DNA of 64,000 nucleotides from Bacillales bacterium (GTDB lineage Bacteria; Bacillota_I; Bacilli_A; RFN20; CAG-449): NCBI GenBank assembly GCA_029006735.1, contig JAQXGN010000022.1, positions 9,640 to 73,639 of the forward strand, read 5' to 3'. Shown piece by piece: positions 58,873 to 64,000 of this stretch (position 1 is its first letter; each line of letters starts with the position of its first letter). The notes under the pieces were generated by a model. It saw only the letters and a program-made list of their open reading frames with translations, ran no database searches and was not told where the DNA came from. The position numbers and the translations under genes were made by a program.

Positions 58873-59279
58873 CCTTTATTTGAGCTTAATTTATAAAAAC
58901 AATGTCCTTTATATCTTCCTGTATATACTCCGTAAAATTTTGATTTACATTTTTTATTTTTTCCTGGTGCATAAAAATACAAGGCATAATTAGCAGGTTC
59001 TGCTCGCCAAAAGTTTATTGTTCTTAACGCATAAGTTCTTTCTTTAGCTGTAGCACCTGATTTAAATAAATTAGATTTAATACCTGCAAAAGCATTTTTT
59101 GTGTATATTACATCCTTAATTGTTTTCTTATTTCTAAATTCTACGCATCGAGCAACAACACGATTTATTACCACATTACCAACTAGTTGCATACCAAATA
59201 CACCTTCTCCAACTGCTTCAGCGCGCATCAATCTAGCTAACAAGGATAATTCACTACTAGAGTATCGACATCTAGACAT
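58860..59279 (-). CDS. Cell-wall hydrolase of the SleB/CwlJ family (catalytic domain only, CwlJ-like size)
   Basis: LLARLMRAEAVGEGVFGMQLVGNVVINRV and the YFYAP...CFY pattern of the Hydrolase_2 domain. 139 aa, no signal peptide. Confidence 0.8.
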   Translation of the reverse strand: MSRCRYSSSELSLLARLMRAEAVGEGVFGMQLVGNVVINRVVARCVEFRNKKTIKDVIYTKNAFAGIKSNLFKSGATAKERTYALRTINFWRAEPANYALYFYAPGKNKKCKSKFYGVYTGRYKGHCFYKLSSNKGCGL

Positions 59280-59331
59280 AATTAATCACCTATAAAAATA
59301 TATGTCTAAATAAATCAAATATTCTTTATGT

Positions 59332-59637
59332 CTAAAAACTATTTAATATGTCGATAAAATCATCAATCCAATCATCAATTTGTTCTTGTGACAATAGAGG
59401 AATGTCTTCATATAACTGTTCAATCTCTTTTCTAATAGTTCTCATCATTTTTTCAATGTCAGTAAGTTTATAAACATCAACGCATTGTGAAGTAACATCG
59501 ATTATCTCAATATTTATCATATAATGAACAATATTACTTGAAGGGCTGACTTTTTTTTCTACTTCAATAGTTGCAAAATCTTCATACCCGACATACATAA
59601 TCACGCTTGGATGTTTTATTTTCAATTGTTCCCACAT
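59332..59637 (-). CDS. Hypothetical acidic protein (101 aa)
   Basis: Complete ORF, 11 nt downstream of the phosphoesterase gene. No family recognised. Confidence 0.5.
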   Translation of the reverse strand: MWEQLKIKHPSVIMYVGYEDFATIEVEKKVSPSSNIVHYMINIEIIDVTSQCVDVYKLTDIEKMMRTIRKEIEQLYEDIPLLSQEQIDDWIDDFIDILNSF

Positions 59638-59648
59638 AAATTTTCCTC

Positions 59649-60095
59649 CTATAAAAATTTGAATTGATAAGTAAATTTTTCTTTTGAAATATCTAAAATT
59701 AAATATGTTCCACTAGTACCATCTCTTGGTAAACTAACTGATCCAGGATTCAAAAAATAGAAATCATCTTCTTGCTTTTCATAATGAATATGTGAATGAC
59801 CAAACAAATATATCTTGCAATTATGTTTTATCAAGAAATCCTTATTAATATAACTATGTAAATGACCATGTTCCGCATAGATATTCCCATATGGAGTGTG
59901 GATTATCCGATAATTGGGAAAAGAAGAAAAATAATCACAATTGCCTTTACAAGAGACAAAAGGATCTAAATAATAATCATTTTCTAATTGCGAATCTCCT
60001 AAATGCAAATAAATATCAGCATTAGGATTAGATAATGCAATCTTTCTTACAATATCAAAGTCTCCATGAGAATCACTAATAACTACAATTTTCAT
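59649..60095 (-). CDS. YfcE/MJ0936-family metallophosphoesterase
   Basis: VISDSHGD, LGD, GNCD, EHGH and GHSH metal-ligand motifs in canonical order. Confidence 0.88.
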   Translation of the reverse strand: MKIVVISDSHGDFDIVRKIALSNPNADIYLHLGDSQLENDYYLDPFVSCKGNCDYFSSFPNYRIIHTPYGNIYAEHGHLHSYINKDFLIKHNCKIYLFGHSHIHYEKQEDDFYFLNPGSVSLPRDGTSGTYLILDISKEKFTYQFKFL

Positions 60096-60190
60096 AATGT
60101 TTCCTCTTATTCATAAGTATATAACAATTCTCATATTTTTAAATAATATTATTGTGTTATAATGAAAATACCTATAAGGAGTTATCAAAT

Positions 60191-61537
60191 ATGCAAAAGA
60201 CAAAATTAAGTAAGAAGTTTTATTTATCCTTAGTCATTTTTTCATTATTTGGACAAATAGCTTGGGTTGTCGAAAATATGTATTTCAACGTTTATATCTC
60301 TAAAGAGTTTTCAGCAACTTCCTTTCAAGTTGCTTTAATGGTTAGTTTAAGCGCCGTTGTTGCGACAATTTCAACTTTATTGATTGGTGCTTTATCCGAT
60401 AAACTAGGCAAGAGAAAAATCTTTATCTGCTCTGGTTATATTATATGGGGTTTATCAATATTATGTTTCGCATTATTCACAAAAGATACTCTATCAAAAA
60501 TAGTACAAGATAGTTTAAAAATAGGAATAATAGGTGTAACCCTAGTAATTATATTTGATTGTATTATGACACTATTTGGTAGTGGTGCGAATGATGCTTG
60601 TTTCAATTCTTGGGTAACAGACTCTACTGACGATACAAATAGAGGAGGCGTTGAAGGTATTAATTCAATGATGCCACTTATTGCTATATTAATCGTCTTT
60701 GGTGCTTTAGCAAGTTTTGCTCAAGAAGGTAAATGGCCAATCATGTTTATTATTCTTGCTGCATTAACCATTTTCGCAGGAATTCTTGGTTTTTTTATCA
60801 TCGAAGAGCCTAAAATTGAAAAGAAAGAAGACTCTCATTATTTTAAAGATATTTTTTATGGATTCAAACCTACATCCATAAAAAAGAACTATAAACTTTA
60901 CCTGGTCTTATTAATATTTGCAATATTTGGAATTGGTGTACAGATCTATATGACTTTCTTAGTCGCATATTATGAAGTGTCTCTACCTGGAAAAACTGGT
61001 CCATTAGATACTTATGTTTTAATTATGGCTCCAGCAATTATTATAGCCGCATTATTCACTTTCTTTTATGGTAAATTATATGATCGATTTGGTTTTATTA
61101 AAACATTAATTCCAAGTTTATTAATTATGTCACTTGGTTTATTAATTCTCTTTATTTTCGATAATGTTGGAGAACAAATTGTGATGAAATTTATTGGTTC
61201 TATGTTTATGATGAGTGGATATTTAGGAAGTACTGCAATAATTCAAGCTGGAATACGAGATTTAACTCCAGTAAAAAATGTTGGATTATTTCAAGGTATT
61301 AGAATCATCGCACAAGTACTAATTCCAATGCTTATTGGTCCTTGGCTTGGCGCAGTTGCTTTATCTGGAGATTTCACTTATGATGAAAAAGTATTCGCAG
61401 GTGGGTATTCTTATCCTGTCAATAGTAATATCTTTATTGCAAGTTTAATAGCAATCATCATAACTATTATCATTTCCATACTTATACATTTCTTCGCATT
61501 AAAAAAGGAGATACAAAATGTCGAAAAAACAAAATAA
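60191..61537 (+). CDS. MFS transporter
   Basis: About 12 TM segments and a GALSDKLGKRK loop motif. I prefer the ATG at 60191, 7 nt after AAGGAG, over 60152. Confidence 0.8.
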   Translation: MQKTKLSKKFYLSLVIFSLFGQIAWVVENMYFNVYISKEFSATSFQVALMVSLSAVVATISTLLIGALSDKLGKRKIFICSGYIIWGLSILCFALFTKDTLSKIVQDSLKIGIIGVTLVIIFDCIMTLFGSGANDACFNSWVTDSTDDTNRGGVEGINSMMPLIAILIVFGALASFAQEGKWPIMFIILAALTIFAGILGFFIIEEPKIEKKEDSHYFKDIFYGFKPTSIKKNYKLYLVLLIFAIFGIGVQIYMTFLVAYYEVSLPGKTGPLDTYVLIMAPAIIIAALFTFFYGKLYDRFGFIKTLIPSLLIMSLGLLILFIFDNVGEQIVMKFIGSMFMMSGYLGSTAIIQAGIRDLTPVKNVGLFQGIRIIAQVLIPMLIGPWLGAVALSGDFTYDEKVFAGGYSYPVNSNIFIASLIAIIITIIISILIHFFALKKEIQNVEKTK

Positions 61538-63230
61538 TTTAATCGATTTATTTACAAGTGATGAACCACTTGAAAAAATCCCATTAAGTGAATATCCTCG
61601 ACCTCAATTTAAAAGGGATTCCTACATAAATCTCAATGGAGAATGGGAATTTGAAGCAAAAAGTAATAGTGAAATACCTTTAACTTTTTCGCAAAAAATC
61701 ATTGTCCCTTTTTGTGTTGAATCTTCTCTATCAAATATTCATAAAAGATATCCTAAAGGAACATATTATTTTTATAAAAAGAGATTCCATATCGATAAAT
61801 CATTTATCAAAGATATTGTTCTTCTCCATTTAGATGGAGTTGATCAAGAATGTTTTATATTTTTAAATAATCAATTAGTTGATACAAATAAAGGTGGATA
61901 TCTTCCATCTTCCTTTGACGTCAAATTATTAATTCATGAAGAAAATGAATTAATTATTGTCTGTAAAGATGATTTAGAAACAACTCAATTATATGGCAAA
62001 CAAAGAGAAGACCGTGGTGGTATGTGGTATACTCCAGTAAGTGGAATATGGAAAACTGTATGGTTAGAATCATATAACAATAAATATTTTAAAGATTTAA
62101 AAATTACTACTACATTAAATACAGTTAATATTAGTATCAATACAAATATAAAAAGAAAAAAAATTATTATTCATACAGAAACAAAAGATATTGTCAAAGA
62201 ATTTTCTTCTAATAATTTAACTTTAGTAATCGATAAACCAGTTCACTGGACTTTAGAACATCCTTTTTTATATTATTTTGATTTAATATCTGATGAAGAT
62301 AAAATTGAATCATATTTTGCTTTAAGAACGTTTACTATCCAGCAATATAATAACCATCTTCATTTCTTTTTAAATAATCAACCTATCTTTCTCCATGGAT
62401 TATTAGATCAAGGTTATTATCCTGATGGAATATATACTCCTCGATCATATAAAGAATATGAAAAAGACATTATAACAATGAAAGAATTAGGTTTTAATAC
62501 CTTAAGAAAACACATAAAAATAGAGCCACTATATTTCTATTATTTATGCGATAAACTAGGTATGTTACTCATTCAAGATATGGTTAATAATGGTGATTAT
62601 CATTATATAAAAGAAACAGTTATCCCAACAATTGGTTATAAGAAATTTAAAGATACATCAAAACGCTTAAAATCACCTCAAGCTCATGACATTTTTATAA
62701 AATCAACAAAAAATACGATTGTTTTACTTCGTAATCACCCTTCAATTATTATGTGGACCATCTATAATGAAGGTTGGGGACAATATTTATCAAAAGATTT
62801 ATATCAACTAGTAAAACTATTTGATCCAACTAGAATTATTGATACAACAAGTGGTTGGTTTGATCAAGGATATAGTGATGTCAATTCAGTTCATGTCTAT
62901 TTTAGAAAAATCAAAATAAAACCAAATGATAAACTAACATATGTATCTGAATTTGGAGGATATAATTATCGCATAAAAGAACATAGTTTTAATCAAGACA
63001 ACGACTATGGATATAAAGGATATAAAAATATTGCTTCCTATCAAAAAGGATTATTAGATTTATATACTAAACAAGTAATACCTCAAATAAAAAATGGCTT
63101 AGCAGGTACTATTTATACTCAATTAAGTGATGTTGAAGATGAAACGAATGGATTATTAACTTATGATAGAAAAGTTTTAAAAGTTGATAAAAATACAATG
63201 TTAGAGTTAGCAAAAAAACTCAAGGTGTAA
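61518..63230 (+). CDS. Glycoside hydrolase family 2 protein (short form, 570 aa)
   Basis: NTLRKHIKIEP, NHPSIIMWTIYNEGWG (acid/base Glu) and VSEFGGY (nucleophile Glu) motifs. It overlaps the MFS gene by 20 nt. Confidence 0.82.
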   Translation: MSKKQNNLIDLFTSDEPLEKIPLSEYPRPQFKRDSYINLNGEWEFEAKSNSEIPLTFSQKIIVPFCVESSLSNIHKRYPKGTYYFYKKRFHIDKSFIKDIVLLHLDGVDQECFIFLNNQLVDTNKGGYLPSSFDVKLLIHEENELIIVCKDDLETTQLYGKQREDRGGMWYTPVSGIWKTVWLESYNNKYFKDLKITTTLNTVNISINTNIKRKKIIIHTETKDIVKEFSSNNLTLVIDKPVHWTLEHPFLYYFDLISDEDKIESYFALRTFTIQQYNNHLHFFLNNQPIFLHGLLDQGYYPDGIYTPRSYKEYEKDIITMKELGFNTLRKHIKIEPLYFYYLCDKLGMLLIQDMVNNGDYHYIKETVIPTIGYKKFKDTSKRLKSPQAHDIFIKSTKNTIVLLRNHPSIIMWTIYNEGWGQYLSKDLYQLVKLFDPTRIIDTTSGWFDQGYSDVNSVHVYFRKIKIKPNDKLTYVSEFGGYNYRIKEHSFNQDNDYGYKGYKNIASYQKGLLDLYTKQVIPQIKNGLAGTIYTQLSDVEDETNGLLTYDRKVLKVDKNTMLELAKKLKV

Positions 63231-63293
63231 TCAACTTATTCTTGCAGCACAATAAAAAATCTTTATAATAAAAAATAGCACTAGGAGAAATAT

Positions 63294-64000
63294 ATGAAAA
63301 AATACGATTATTTAATTGTTGGATCCGGTTTATTTGGATCAGTATTTGCTTATGAAGCAAATAAAAGAGGAAAAAAAGTACTAGTTATTGATAAAAGAGA
63401 TCATATTGGTGGAAACTGTTATACAAAGAATGAAGATGGCATTGTCGTTCATGTTTATGGTGCGCATATCTTCCATACTTCAAAACTTGATACATGGGAT
63501 TATGTAAATAACCTTACCCCATTTAAACCATTTATTAATTCACCAATCGCAAATTATAAAGGCGAATTATACAATTTACCTTTTAATATGAATACTTTTT
63601 ACCAACTTTGGAAAGTCAAAACTCCTCAAGAAGCTTTAGAAAAGATTCAATCAACTAGAGTTGATTATAAAGACCCTAAAAATCTCGAAGAACAAGCACT
63701 CAAACTTGCAGGTAAAGACATATACGAAAAATTAATCAAAGGATATACAGAAAAACAATGGGGACGTGATTGTAAAGACTTACCAAGTTTCATTATTAAA
63801 AGAGTCCCTTTAAGAATGACATTTGATAATAACTACTTCAATGATACTTATCAAGGAATTCCTTTTGGTGGATACACAAAATTATTTGAAGCATTATTAA
63901 AAGATATTGAAGTAAGACTAAATATTGATTATTTCTCAAATAAGGAAGAATTAGATTCTCTTGCAGACAAAATAGTTTATACAGGGCCAATTGATGCATT
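63294..64000 (+). CDS. glf: UDP-galactopyranose mutase, N-terminal 235 codons (truncated by the window edge)
   Basis: The ATG at 63294 follows AGGAGA. MKKYDYLIVGSGLFGSVFAYEA...GGNCYT...GAHIFHT...YTEKQWG are canonical Glf motifs. It is not in the ORF track because it is open at the right edge. Confidence 0.92.
   Translation, partial: MKKYDYLIVGSGLFGSVFAYEANKRGKKVLVIDKRDHIGGNCYTKNEDGIVVHVYGAHIFHTSKLDTWDYVNNLTPFKPFINSPIANYKGELYNLPFNMNTFYQLWKVKTPQEALEKIQSTRVDYKDPKNLEEQALKLAGKDIYEKLIKGYTEKQWGRDCKDLPSFIIKRVPLRMTFDNNYFNDTYQGIPFGGYTKLFEALLKDIEVRLNIDYFSNKEELDSLADKIVYTGPIDA

Overview
This is a low-GC Firmicutes-type chromosomal segment (about 28% GC by hand counts in core genes). It reads cleanly with the standard genetic code. 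I saw no rRNA, tRNA or CRISPR array.

(1) Positions 1-19,560, minus strand. This is a three-gene operon that the supplied ORF track largely hides. It holds an 840-aa and a 427-aa protein of unrecognised family, followed by a giant ORF. The giant ORF starts at 15684 and is still open at position 1, so at least 5,228 codons are visible. The track omits it, apparently because it runs off the window edge. The visible part carries a roughly 1,000-aa region of 20-aa Tyr-Tyr repeats and roughly two dozen Listeria-Bacteroides (Flg_new) repeats. All three proteins begin with a hydrophobic segment ending in an x-[LF]-A-[WY]-[WY] motif that resembles TasA/SipW-type signal peptides. I consider this the most interesting candidate system in the window.

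(2) Positions 19,953-37,074. These are housekeeping genes:
- a D-Ala-D-Ala carboxypeptidase, a Sir2 deacylase, pdp, an RsmF-like methyltransferase and rpmB;
- the conserved block rpe-rsgA-prkC-prpC-rlmN-rsmB ... priA-gmk;
- rqcH and a HAD hydrolase.
Two oddities stand out here. The RsmB homologue has lost all catalytic signatures. The PrkC kinase has no transmembrane or PASTA region.

(3) Positions 37,085-37,879. This is a decayed, chimeric recombinase relic at about 46% GC.

(4) Positions 38,181-50,894. This is a glycoside-utilisation island. It contains a GPH symporter, a GH78 rhamnosidase, a domain-permuted membrane-tethered GH3 and a GH2, together with an AgrC-like kinase / LytTR regulator pair.

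(5) Positions 50,978-64,000:
- a thioredoxin-like lipoprotein, trmL and an ABC-F ATPase;
- a glycerol operon (G3P dehydrogenase, oxidoreductase, DUF1667, glpK) with a cre site and a perfect 22-bp palindrome in its promoter;
- a GNAT pseudogene, a CwlJ/SleB-like hydrolase and a phosphoesterase;
- an MFS-GH2-glf cluster, with glf truncated by the right edge.
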